DNA of 64,000 nt, taken from the IMG/VR virus record IMGVR_UViG_3300031565_000014, positions 8,773-72,772 of that record; one strand, given 5' to 3'. Below the pieces are notes generated by a model. It was not told the origin of the DNA and did no database searches. It saw only the letters and a program-made list of their open reading frames with translations. The position numbers were made by a program, and so were the translations under genes. Source of the DNA: a virus. Shown here one piece after another: positions 48,079 through 58,000 of the stretch (positions are counted from its first letter, which is position 1; the number at the start of each line of letters is the position of its first letter).

Positions 48079-50481
48079 TTATTTAAAACCGTATGCACTT
48101 AGTGGTGGGTTTTGATTTGCTTTATATGTATTCTTAGGAGAAGTTAAAGCATCAGCTTCCTCCTCTGCTTTACTTTGTATTTTCTTTTCATCCCACTTAG
48201 GGTGTCTGTTAAACCAATCTTTATATGCATTTTGATATGCTTCATCCCATGCTTTTTTAGCATCATTTTCACTATAAGCACCATCTCCTGTAATAGGACG
48301 ACCATCACCTGATCTACCAAATTCTCTAGTTAATGGATCAAAGTCATATTGAGGATACATCTCATTTACTATTTGGTTTTTAAAGGCTCTATGTAAACCA
48401 TCTATATAACTTTGTCTTAATTTCTCTCTAGCAGCAGCTTTAGAATTGTCATATTGTTGATTAGCTATTGTAGTCTTATCATACTGATCAGTAAGTCTAA
48501 GCGCATTAGCAGCATTATATTGATTAATCATTTGTTTGTTAGCTTGCTCAAATTGATTAGCTACACCAACATTACGTTCATCATATTGTGCGGTGATATT
48601 CGCCGCATTTCTTGCAGAGTCTCCTTGTATTTTAGATAATCTTGAACCTAAAGCTTGTGGTCCAGCAAACATAGCAGATGCATCAGAAGCAATGTTAGCT
48701 TGTTCAGCATTTGCTGCTAAGGCTCTTGTAGGATCATAAAAAGTAGGATCCATAACTTCTACATCTACACCTGGAGACCAAGGTAAATATTTATTTATTC
48801 TACCATAATCCCCTGCAGCTCCTGCTGTATTAATGATGTCTTCCATCCACCATCTATTAGGATCTTCATTAGTAGCTTCATTGAAAGGTTTTTCCGGAAT
48901 AGCTCCTGCTTTTTTCTCAGGTGCTAGTTCTTCAGGTGCCTGCTCTTGATACCCGCCATATAATCCTTGAAACATTGTTGTATCACCGGGTTGTAGGTCT
49001 AAAGGAGAAATAGGCTGCCCTTCTTTTCTTGCTTGGTGGTCTTTATTACCAGTTTGTGTTAACATTAATTGAGAACCATCGTTATTAGAACCATATTTAA
49101 TAAGATCAGGATTTTCAACAGAAGCGTCATTTAATGCTAAATATAAAGCTTGAACAACTCCTACATCTTCAGGAGATAAAGCAGCATCCCCAAAATCTTT
49201 ATAATAATCTCTATTTTTACCAACAGCCCCTCTATCATACCCTTTATTCATTTCATTAGTTAGAGGATTTCTGCCTGCAATATCTGAGTTAGAAATCATC
49301 TGCTCTACTTGACCTTGGTATGTACTAAACAAATTTAATACTTCGTCATCACTATATTTTAATATTTTTTGTTTTACTTCTTCTGTTACTCTAGGATCAT
49401 CAGCATTATCTACTATATCTATAAATTTATTTATAACAAAATTTTTAAATTCAGGATCAGTTTTAAATCTTTCTTTAATTATGTTAAGACCGTTTTTAAT
49501 ACTAGAAACACCTGCTTTAGGTTTATTTTCATTAGAATTAGACGGTAGATTTTCTTCTTTCAATTTTTCTTCTTTAAGCCATGTTTGGTGGCTTGTTGCT
49601 TTAATTGGGTTACCACTTGCATCATATACTACACGATCAGCATATTTTTCATTTAAATTTTCATCTTTAGCTTTAATAATATTTCCTTGATCATCATATA
49701 ATTCTTGGTAATAATATTTACCATTACTAAACACAGGGTTGCTAACTTCTCTACCATCTTTATATTTGTCTAATTCCCCACCATTAGCATACTTAGAGGC
49801 ACCTCCACACTTATAACATGGAGCATTGCCACCATAACGCATCATTTGTTCTTGAGGAGCTTCTTGACTCATTTGTGGTAAAATATCTTCAGGGTTAACA
49901 CCTATAGAAGCTAAGTATTCCATAGATACATTAGGTATACCATCTGGGAAACCTTTTATAGATTCTTGGACAAGAGCTAGTTTACCTAAAGATTGAGTAT
50001 TATTTTTAAGCATACTCATGGCCGTATCTTTAGTTATTTTGTCTGACTTAATATCATTGATTATATTTTTATATTCGTTGATATCAAATTTAGCGGCTAT
50101 TTTAGCAGGTGTAACTCCTTTAGTGCCACCCATGTTAAATTCTTTTAGAATAGCTTTATCTTTTATTTTCATATCTCTATTATCTGAAAATATAAAAGAT
50201 CCTTCTGGAATATTTAAAGGTGTCCCACCTTGACTATGACGTTTACCCCCTACTTTATATAGTTCAGGTAACATGTCTGATGTCATATTTGTGTAAACAT
50301 ATTCTCCTTTTTCAGCTTCTAAATTAGCTGCCTCTCTATCTACAGGTTTAAGTGTATTAGACACAGTAGTATCCGGAGTATTAACATACTCGTCATTATT
50401 ATTATAACTAGGTTCTAATTTGTTATAATGTGACCCGCCATCTTTAGATTTCGGTAATCCTGTTATTCTTACTTTTCTCAT
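48079..50481 (-). CDS. Virion cargo protein (800 aa) with clustered xxGG motifs
   Basis: NLEAEKGE...GGKRHSQGGT...FIFSD N-terminal domain; MRYGG/YKCGG/YANGG/YKDG cluster; Ala/Gln/Asn-rich helical C-terminus. Confidence 0.6.
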   Translation of the reverse strand: MRKVRITGLPKSKDGGSHYNKLEPSYNNNDEYVNTPDTTVSNTLKPVDREAANLEAEKGEYVYTNMTSDMLPELYKVGGKRHSQGGTPLNIPEGSFIFSDNRDMKIKDKAILKEFNMGGTKGVTPAKIAAKFDINEYKNIINDIKSDKITKDTAMSMLKNNTQSLGKLALVQESIKGFPDGIPNVSMEYLASIGVNPEDILPQMSQEAPQEQMMRYGGNAPCYKCGGASKYANGGELDKYKDGREVSNPVFSNGKYYYQELYDDQGNIIKAKDENLNEKYADRVVYDASGNPIKATSHQTWLKEEKLKEENLPSNSNENKPKAGVSSIKNGLNIIKERFKTDPEFKNFVINKFIDIVDNADDPRVTEEVKQKILKYSDDEVLNLFSTYQGQVEQMISNSDIAGRNPLTNEMNKGYDRGAVGKNRDYYKDFGDAALSPEDVGVVQALYLALNDASVENPDLIKYGSNNDGSQLMLTQTGNKDHQARKEGQPISPLDLQPGDTTMFQGLYGGYQEQAPEELAPEKKAGAIPEKPFNEATNEDPNRWWMEDIINTAGAAGDYGRINKYLPWSPGVDVEVMDPTFYDPTRALAANAEQANIASDASAMFAGPQALGSRLSKIQGDSARNAANITAQYDERNVGVANQFEQANKQMINQYNAANALRLTDQYDKTTIANQQYDNSKAAAREKLRQSYIDGLHRAFKNQIVNEMYPQYDFDPLTREFGRSGDGRPITGDGAYSENDAKKAWDEAYQNAYKDWFNRHPKWDEKKIQSKAEEEADALTSPKNTYKANQNPPLSAYGFK

Positions 50482-50486
50482 AATGT

Positions 50487-53400
50487 TTAATCTAAATATT
50501 CTATTGTACCTCCGTTAGCTAAAATATATTGAATATCTTCATCAGACATTTCATATTCGCCGCCTTCTTGATAATTAACGCTAGTTCCTCCAAATTTATT
50601 CATAGCTAAAGAAGGATCGTCCATCTGATCTAACTTAGCACTATATTCTTTTTGTAATTTCTGATGAAGCTTAGCTTTCTTTTTATCTTCAATATCCATA
50701 GCCTCAATTTTATCTTGTTCAACAATTAGATTACGCATCCATCTTTCTTCATTGTTTACTAATCTATGAGGCTCCAAATTTGCAGCAACTTGACCTGTTC
50801 CTCTTTTTTGCATGTGAGGAGCATCCATTTGTTGAAATCTTTGCTGAGCTTGATCAAATTCATTTTCTAAACGAGGAACATCACCGACATACCTCATTAC
50901 TCTATTATCACTACCTTTAGCATATCGTGACGGATCCACCCACGGATTATTACTGTTACCAGAATACATATTAAACTCATCCACTCCACCAGGACTATAA
51001 GAAACAGAACCATCTTCACCAGCAATAACCGCATGATAACTTCCACTACGTCCTGAAGTATTGTTATAATGGCCCCTAATAAGATCTCCTGACTCAGGTA
51101 TTGTACCTGCAGGTAAAAGATCAAAACCTAAGTTTTTAGCTTGGCTATTAAAGCTACCATTACCTGTAACAATTGGCAAAGGGTCACCAGCACCCACTTT
51201 CACACTACCAAAAGTCATGTCTGGAGAATCAGAAGGGACTGTTGCTCCTGCATTTTGCATTACTTGACAAGCGTATGTGTTGCAAGCGAAACCATTTTGG
51301 CCAACCCAATTTGCTGTTGCTGGAGGAAGAGATTGTCTTGGGTTATTCATTGCTGCAATCTTATAAGCTTCTTCTGGAATAGCATTTCTAACGTTCTGTA
51401 CTCTCGTATTTTCTTGAGCATGTGCGTTTCTAGCAGCATCTATTTTATCTCCTTGAGCAAACCATTCCTCTATAGCACCACCATTTTGATATCTATTATA
51501 ATTTCTATTTTGAGCATATGTTTTATCATCAGGTCTAAATAAGCCTGTGTTCATTTCATAGTCTCCTCTGTCTCCAGACATTGATGGTTTAGTTGTAAAC
51601 ACACTATCAGCCATCCTGTCCTTACTTAATTCTCTTTCTCTTTCAGCTCTAGCTCTACTTTCTAAAAAACCGTTTAGCATACTTAAGCCAGCTAAAGCAC
51701 CAGATGCCCCAGCTTGACCTATCCACGCATTATTCTTAGGTTTTTTAGCCCCCATTTGAGGAGGTAAACTAGATCCTAATGGCTTATCTACACCAGCATC
51801 TGTTAAAGTTCCAGGAGAGTTTTCTATTACTCCAGCACTTTTAGGTGTCATTTTAGTTAAACCATCTGGGTTAATACTACTTCCTATGCTAGGCGTGTTA
51901 GCTATGTTAGGTGTATTAGCTATTGTACCTGCAGGAATTTGTTGCATTTTTAAAGGGTCTTGTGACATACTATAGTCTACACCTAGAGGATCACCATAGT
52001 CTAAGGGTTCTGGAGCTAATGGATCATCCAACATTGGTACATTCATAGTCTGTCTATAATCCTCTTGGAGACCATTAGGATTATTAGCATTATTATTATT
52101 AAATCCATTATTATTATTTAATCCTTGATAATTTTGCCAATCACCTTTACCATCATATAGATCATTAACATTATTTAACTGTGCATCATATTCTTCTCTA
52201 GTTATTTGACCAGATTCTAATTGTTGTTTTAATATACTCATATCAGAAGCATAGATATCTCTTGAGATACCTTGTCCTCCGACTCCTACATAAGCACCAC
52301 CTGTTTGAAACATCTGAGGCTTTTTTAGCTCTTTTAGACCTGAATACATTTCTTCTAACTTACTATTGATAACGTTATTTCTAAGTAATTCAGCAAAGTT
52401 AGTCTTTTTATTTTTAGTATAATCTTTATTCTCTTCTTGAGGAACATAATTAGGTTCTACTTTAAAATCTTTCTTACTTAGGTTAGCATATTGCATTAGC
52501 ATACTAGGATCCATCTGGCTAAACTGTTCTGCAGGATAAGCATCATAAGAACCGCCTTCATCAAACATAGCAATAGGTCTAGCATTACCACGTTTAACTT
52601 GTTTGTAATGATCTTTAGATTGCATATAAACATCTCTAATATTTTTTATATTTTCCCTATCTTGTTGTCTAAAATCACGCGTTCCTTCTTCATAAGGGTT
52701 TTTTCTATATGTTGCGAAGGCACGAGCATCCATTATTTTATCATAATCTCTTTTACCACTAAACTTGTCAGCATAGTCATAATATCCTGGTTGATTGACA
52801 AAAGGTGCGTTTAAATTAGAAGCAAGTATATTTAAACCTTCTTGTTGATATACATTAGGATCTTCACCGTATACTCCAGGTACTTGTTCGCCGGCCTGTG
52901 CTTTATGTAAAGAACCTTCACCATCTTGCATCATAGACATTATCTCTTCATCAGATTTACCTTCTCTTCTAAGTTGCTCTATATATTCAGGAGAAGACAA
53001 GTCTATAGACTGCATTTGGTTAAACATACGTCTATCCATGTTAGATGTGTCTATTTTAAAATCAGGAATAGATTTTTTAAAATCAGGCATAGGTACTTCA
53101 AAACTTCTTATTTTATAGCTGTCTTGTGTTTGACTCATTCCTTGATCTGCATTAAACCCTTCAGGATAATAATTATCATAGAAGTTTTGCATTTTAATTT
53201 CTTCAGGTGTAGCGCCCGGTTTATTATAAAACTCCATAGGTCCAGGACCTTCATATTTATTCTGTGAATTATAGTTAATATTTTCATAAGGGATATAAGG
53301 ATTAGTGTTACCTCCACCATCTTGCATCTTCTTCTTAAAGAACTTATTAAAGTTTTTTAGGTTATCGTCATATTTACCAAATTTATTAGACTGCATTTGC

Positions 53401-55082
53401 TTTGTGTAATCAGCATACTTAGGATCTGACATTTGAGAAACAGGTACACTTACTACTCTGTAGCCTTCACCATACTCACTATCTAAACCTCCTGAGTAAT
53501 CATCGGAGTCAAAAGAAAATCTATCTTGACCCACGCCATACTCACCTTTTATTACTGGTTTAGAATTAGTAAAATTATAAATATTTGCATTATTTTCACC
53601 AACTTGTTCTGGATTAACTACACCTACAGACGATCTATAGTTTAATACTTTAGGTTTATTACCTCTAGTATCTACTAAAAATTGATAATATTGTTCAGGT
53701 GTGACTTCTCTACCAGCGGCACCACCATCTTGGTATTTTCCTTTATCATATTGAACCATCTCTTCTTCAGTCATAGGTCTTGTAGGTGATGTTGGCCCCA
53801 TACCTCTGTAACCTCCATAGTTATTTATCTTATATTCATTAGCTTCATCTAAAGCATCCAAGTTTTCATAATTAGCATAATTTTTCATGTAATCATAATA
53901 GTCATCATTCTCTAAAGGATTACTATATACTCTATCAGCAATAAGCTTTAAAGCTTCTTTTTCATTTTTAGGCTTTAAATGATCTTTCTTTAAAGAGTTT
54001 AACGCCTTCTGGGTCATGTTACCTTGTTCATTTTTTACCTCAGGATATTCAAGGTTAAGCTGGTAATTACGAAACTCATCAGTAAAAGGAATAGCTTCTC
54101 TTGCCGCATCTCTTTCTGTCATGTAATCTTCGAAAGCTTCAGTACCGTATTTTATATGAGGAGGTATATTATAAAGAAATGGCGAAGTGTTATCATAAAA
54201 CATTGCACGTCTAGTTTCTACAGGGATATCCAAGCTTGATTGGTAATAGTTATTAGCATCTTCTTCTTTTTCAAAATATTGAACTTCTTTTCTTTTTAAA
54301 GCTTCATCATAAGCATCTATAGGTTCTCTAATTTCTGACCAATTATCATCTTCATCTTGAAATAATGTAGGAAATACTACCCATCCTTTTCCTGGAATAT
54401 ATTCTTTCATCATACCATGAGCAATTGGTTCTTGAGGTCTCCCTACCCATCCTTCTCTAGAAGGTAATTTTGGTTTGCCTCCTCCATTTTGGTATTTAAT
54501 TAAACCTCCATATTTTTTCTCTTGCTTCCAATCACCATCATCAGCAAAACTTATAGCAGCTTTAACGTCTTCTCCAAAATAATTTACTTCTCCTCTTTTT
54601 TTAGCTTCAGCATAAGCTTCACCAACGTCTTGAATTTCTTTCCAGTCGTCCTTACCATTTTGAAATAATGTAGGGAAAGCTACCCAACCTTCACCGGGAA
54701 TGTATTCTCGTGCCATTAAATGTGTAGAAGGTCTATTATCATTTTCAGGATCTAATACTATGTCACCTTCTCTATAAGGTACAAATGTAGTTGATCTTTG
54801 CTTTACACCACCATCTTGGTACATAGGAAATTCATCTACATAATCAGCACCAGGAAAGTTATATTCTCCTCCAGGCATCATGATTATAGATCGCCCATTA
54901 TTATCAACACCCATTACAGGGTAGTTAACTCCTTGCATGGTAATATCTCCTCCAGGAATCCTTGTGTTCTGACCAGGATGAGCCCATTGACCTCTTGGAT
55001 CATAAATCATATCCTTACTATAAGGGTTAGACTGCTTAGTCTGACTTGACTTAACTTTTATTTTTCCTTTATTTAAACTCAT
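50487..55082 (-). CDS. Modular virion protein (1531 aa) with repeated [YFM]QxGG motifs and an NlpC/P60-CHAP-like domain
   Basis: About ten QxGG-type motifs; duplicated GW..FPTLFQ module; CNTYA...GDLI...YHAVI. Confidence 0.65.
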   Translation of the reverse strand: MSLNKGKIKVKSSQTKQSNPYSKDMIYDPRGQWAHPGQNTRIPGGDITMQGVNYPVMGVDNNGRSIIMMPGGEYNFPGADYVDEFPMYQDGGVKQRSTTFVPYREGDIVLDPENDNRPSTHLMAREYIPGEGWVAFPTLFQNGKDDWKEIQDVGEAYAEAKKRGEVNYFGEDVKAAISFADDGDWKQEKKYGGLIKYQNGGGKPKLPSREGWVGRPQEPIAHGMMKEYIPGKGWVVFPTLFQDEDDNWSEIREPIDAYDEALKRKEVQYFEKEEDANNYYQSSLDIPVETRRAMFYDNTSPFLYNIPPHIKYGTEAFEDYMTERDAAREAIPFTDEFRNYQLNLEYPEVKNEQGNMTQKALNSLKKDHLKPKNEKEALKLIADRVYSNPLENDDYYDYMKNYANYENLDALDEANEYKINNYGGYRGMGPTSPTRPMTEEEMVQYDKGKYQDGGAAGREVTPEQYYQFLVDTRGNKPKVLNYRSSVGVVNPEQVGENNANIYNFTNSKPVIKGEYGVGQDRFSFDSDDYSGGLDSEYGEGYRVVSVPVSQMSDPKYADYTKQMQSNKFGKYDDNLKNFNKFFKKKMQDGGGNTNPYIPYENINYNSQNKYEGPGPMEFYNKPGATPEEIKMQNFYDNYYPEGFNADQGMSQTQDSYKIRSFEVPMPDFKKSIPDFKIDTSNMDRRMFNQMQSIDLSSPEYIEQLRREGKSDEEIMSMMQDGEGSLHKAQAGEQVPGVYGEDPNVYQQEGLNILASNLNAPFVNQPGYYDYADKFSGKRDYDKIMDARAFATYRKNPYEEGTRDFRQQDRENIKNIRDVYMQSKDHYKQVKRGNARPIAMFDEGGSYDAYPAEQFSQMDPSMLMQYANLSKKDFKVEPNYVPQEENKDYTKNKKTNFAELLRNNVINSKLEEMYSGLKELKKPQMFQTGGAYVGVGGQGISRDIYASDMSILKQQLESGQITREEYDAQLNNVNDLYDGKGDWQNYQGLNNNNGFNNNNANNPNGLQEDYRQTMNVPMLDDPLAPEPLDYGDPLGVDYSMSQDPLKMQQIPAGTIANTPNIANTPSIGSSINPDGLTKMTPKSAGVIENSPGTLTDAGVDKPLGSSLPPQMGAKKPKNNAWIGQAGASGALAGLSMLNGFLESRARAERERELSKDRMADSVFTTKPSMSGDRGDYEMNTGLFRPDDKTYAQNRNYNRYQNGGAIEEWFAQGDKIDAARNAHAQENTRVQNVRNAIPEEAYKIAAMNNPRQSLPPATANWVGQNGFACNTYACQVMQNAGATVPSDSPDMTFGSVKVGAGDPLPIVTGNGSFNSQAKNLGFDLLPAGTIPESGDLIRGHYNNTSGRSGSYHAVIAGEDGSVSYSPGGVDEFNMYSGNSNNPWVDPSRYAKGSDNRVMRYVGDVPRLENEFDQAQQRFQQMDAPHMQKRGTGQVAANLEPHRLVNNEERWMRNLIVEQDKIEAMDIEDKKKAKLHQKLQKEYSAKLDQMDDPSLAMNKFGGTSVNYQEGGEYEMSDEDIQYILANGGTIEYLD

Positions 55083-55085
55083 AGC

Positions 55086-58000
55086 TTATCTTGGACTTAT
55101 AACTTGCTTCTCTTTATTCAATTTAAACAAAAATTTTGAATCTCCTGATACTCTTTTCTTTAAAATTAAAGACGAGAGATAATGTCTAAACTTTTTTCTT
55201 TGTAATTCTGGTTTATTATAGTCAATATAAAAAGGGTTTATATTCTTAGTATAACCATTAGGATCTGTTTCCCACATGATTCTAGTATTACCTGAATATT
55301 CTCCTCTGTCTAGTGTTATATCCCAAAATTGATTAAATCTGTATTTGTTTTCTTCTTTAGCAAATAATATATCTATATAGTTAGGTGTGATCGCCGGATA
55401 TTGTAATATAGCGTTAACATCATTTTTAGGTGCTAAGTTTAACCTTAATATACCAGATATTTGTTCTGTGTTATATATTATTGCTTCATCAAAATTTTCA
55501 TCTAGCTTATGATGCCAATCTATACAATCTGATGCTATCTTGTAGCACTCAAGTGTATATTCAGCTGATCTTAAAACAGTAGCTTGATCTTGTGTAGAAA
55601 ATATAGTCTCTATTTCAAAAGGATAATCTACTCCATAAAAATTACAGAAACTATCACATCTATCATTATGCTTCCAGATACTATTTCTATTAACAGTCAT
55701 GAATGTAGTTTTACTTGCTATATTCATAGTCGGATGCCAATCATGGAATGATACCCACGCACCTTGACCGTTACCTGCTTTAGGGTCAAATGATACTGTC
55801 CACGAAGCATCATCAAAATATCTAGGGTCCCCTAAACTAACTCTGATAACTTTATCTACTTGAAACCAATTATCATAAAGATATTCTATAGTTCTGTAAT
55901 TAGCTTCTTTAGGAGATTTTAATTTATAATCTTTTTTACAAACATAAATTATCTTATCAGAATTATCATAAATACATTGAGCACCTACACCTATTACAGA
56001 ATTATCTGTTAATTCAAATTCTGGAAAATCTTCTAATATCTTATAAGGCAAGTGATTACTAAACCACCATTGCATTCCATTTCTAGATATCTCATCTAAA
56101 CCTCCAGCATATCTAAATATTTTACCTTGATTTAAACTAATATAGAATAAACCAAAAGGTGTGTTTATTACACTTTCTTTATTTTGACAAGAACCGTACT
56201 CGTAAGCCTTATCTGTATTTACTATATTTTGTAATGGTTGTGAGAATAATCCACCATCACCTATAGTAATTTTAGTACCAGCATCTGTTTCTAGAACATC
56301 TACACCTGGTATCATTATAGGAGCCTCTTGTTCAAAAAGCATCATAGCTCCGTTTCTACCTATAGGTTTAATAGTCGTTATTCTACTTGAAAAATCTTTA
56401 TAGTTATTTACTAACCACGCTCTCCAGTTATCAGCTATAAGTTCTTTATTTTGAGGTAAAGAATAAATAACTCTTTTAGGATAATAACTATAACATGTTT
56501 CAGAAACTTGAGGATCATAAGATCTTAGCTGCATATTACCCCAAGAGGATAAATTTCTAAAATTTCTTGATATAGATAAACTATAATCGTATTTAAATAA
56601 GTTGCCTGATTTAATTATATCAGTATTAAATAAATCTCTTAATGAAGTATACCTATATGGATCATAATGTCTTTCTTCAGGTGTGTCATTCCAATCTCTT
56701 AAATCTGTGTTTACTTCAGATTCTACATAAAAGTCTCTGACACCAGAATTAAACAAATAAAAATAAGCATCTATAATTCTAAATAAACTTCTACGTTGAT
56801 AACTATTATCACCACCTGTGTCTTTAATTTGTCCCTCTATAATACTAGTCTCAAATTTTCTATCTAGGTAATGATAATCATTAGGTAGTATTCCATAGTC
56901 AGAAGTTGCCTCTTTTTTACCTATCTTTTTAAGTATTCCTGATAAAAATGTACTTGCATCATACTCTCTCGTATCTACCCAATATAAAGGTCTAGGTACA
57001 TTTAAATAATTATCATAATTAAACTCGTAATCATCTGGTTGGCCGTTTAACCATTCATAGAAATAGAACATAGTATTCTTTTCAGTGTACCTTGTGATAT
57101 AAGTGTCACCTCCAAATATAATACCTGATTCAAACCTAGTGCTTAGATTTAAAATAGGTTGAATACATCCTATAGGTATTTGTTTTATTCTATTATTAAG
57201 TTGACCATATTGGTTATCTATAAATACTTTTAATGCCCCGTAATAACATTGTGATTGTGTATTAAACCATTTAGTTGGTTCATTATAAGATACTTGAGGT
57301 GCATAAGGGCTATTAGCCACAGTAGCTGAACCAAATGTACCTTTTAAGTCAGCACCATTTCTTATTGTACCTAATGTATTACGTGTATTGTCATAATTTA
57401 CTTGAGGATGTCCTGAAGGTATGCTTTGTTCTGTATTAACACAAACATAATGACCTCTATACAAATTATTTATTTTAGTTTTCAAATCATAATCTTGAAA
57501 ACCATCTTTAATATATCTTGAATTTTTTACTTTACGCCTAACACCACTTAAACCTAGATCTATTAATTGATCATATTCACAATGAGATTCATAAGCTAAT
57601 GCATATTGTTCAAATCGAATAAGATTTCTTATTAATCTTAACATTTCATCTGTACCTTGTGACCAATATAAAGCAATAGCTGGTAAATATTGTAATGCTC
57701 TTATAATAGGGTTTAAACCACTTTTACCTGCAGCAGTCATTTCAAGAGTATATTCGGGAGTTGATCCTGTAGTTATACCAGCTAATATTGCTAATATATC
57801 ATATGTGGTAGTTAGTGCTGTCGTGGAGAAACCTGCTGATATTAAATCTGCTATTTGTAAAGCTCCTGATGTACTCAAAATATCAGCAGCAAAACCCCAT
57901 CCACCTATCGATCCTCCTGTACCCATACCCCAAAAAGCCGGTGCAAAACCGCCCCCAGTACCTAAAATATTTGAGTCAAGTTTAGTATCACTGACCCAGT

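Noticed and set aside
51880-52130. IANTP tandem repeat and Asn-rich run in the 1531-aa gene
   Set aside because: Short low-complexity linker sequence with no evidence of a separate function.
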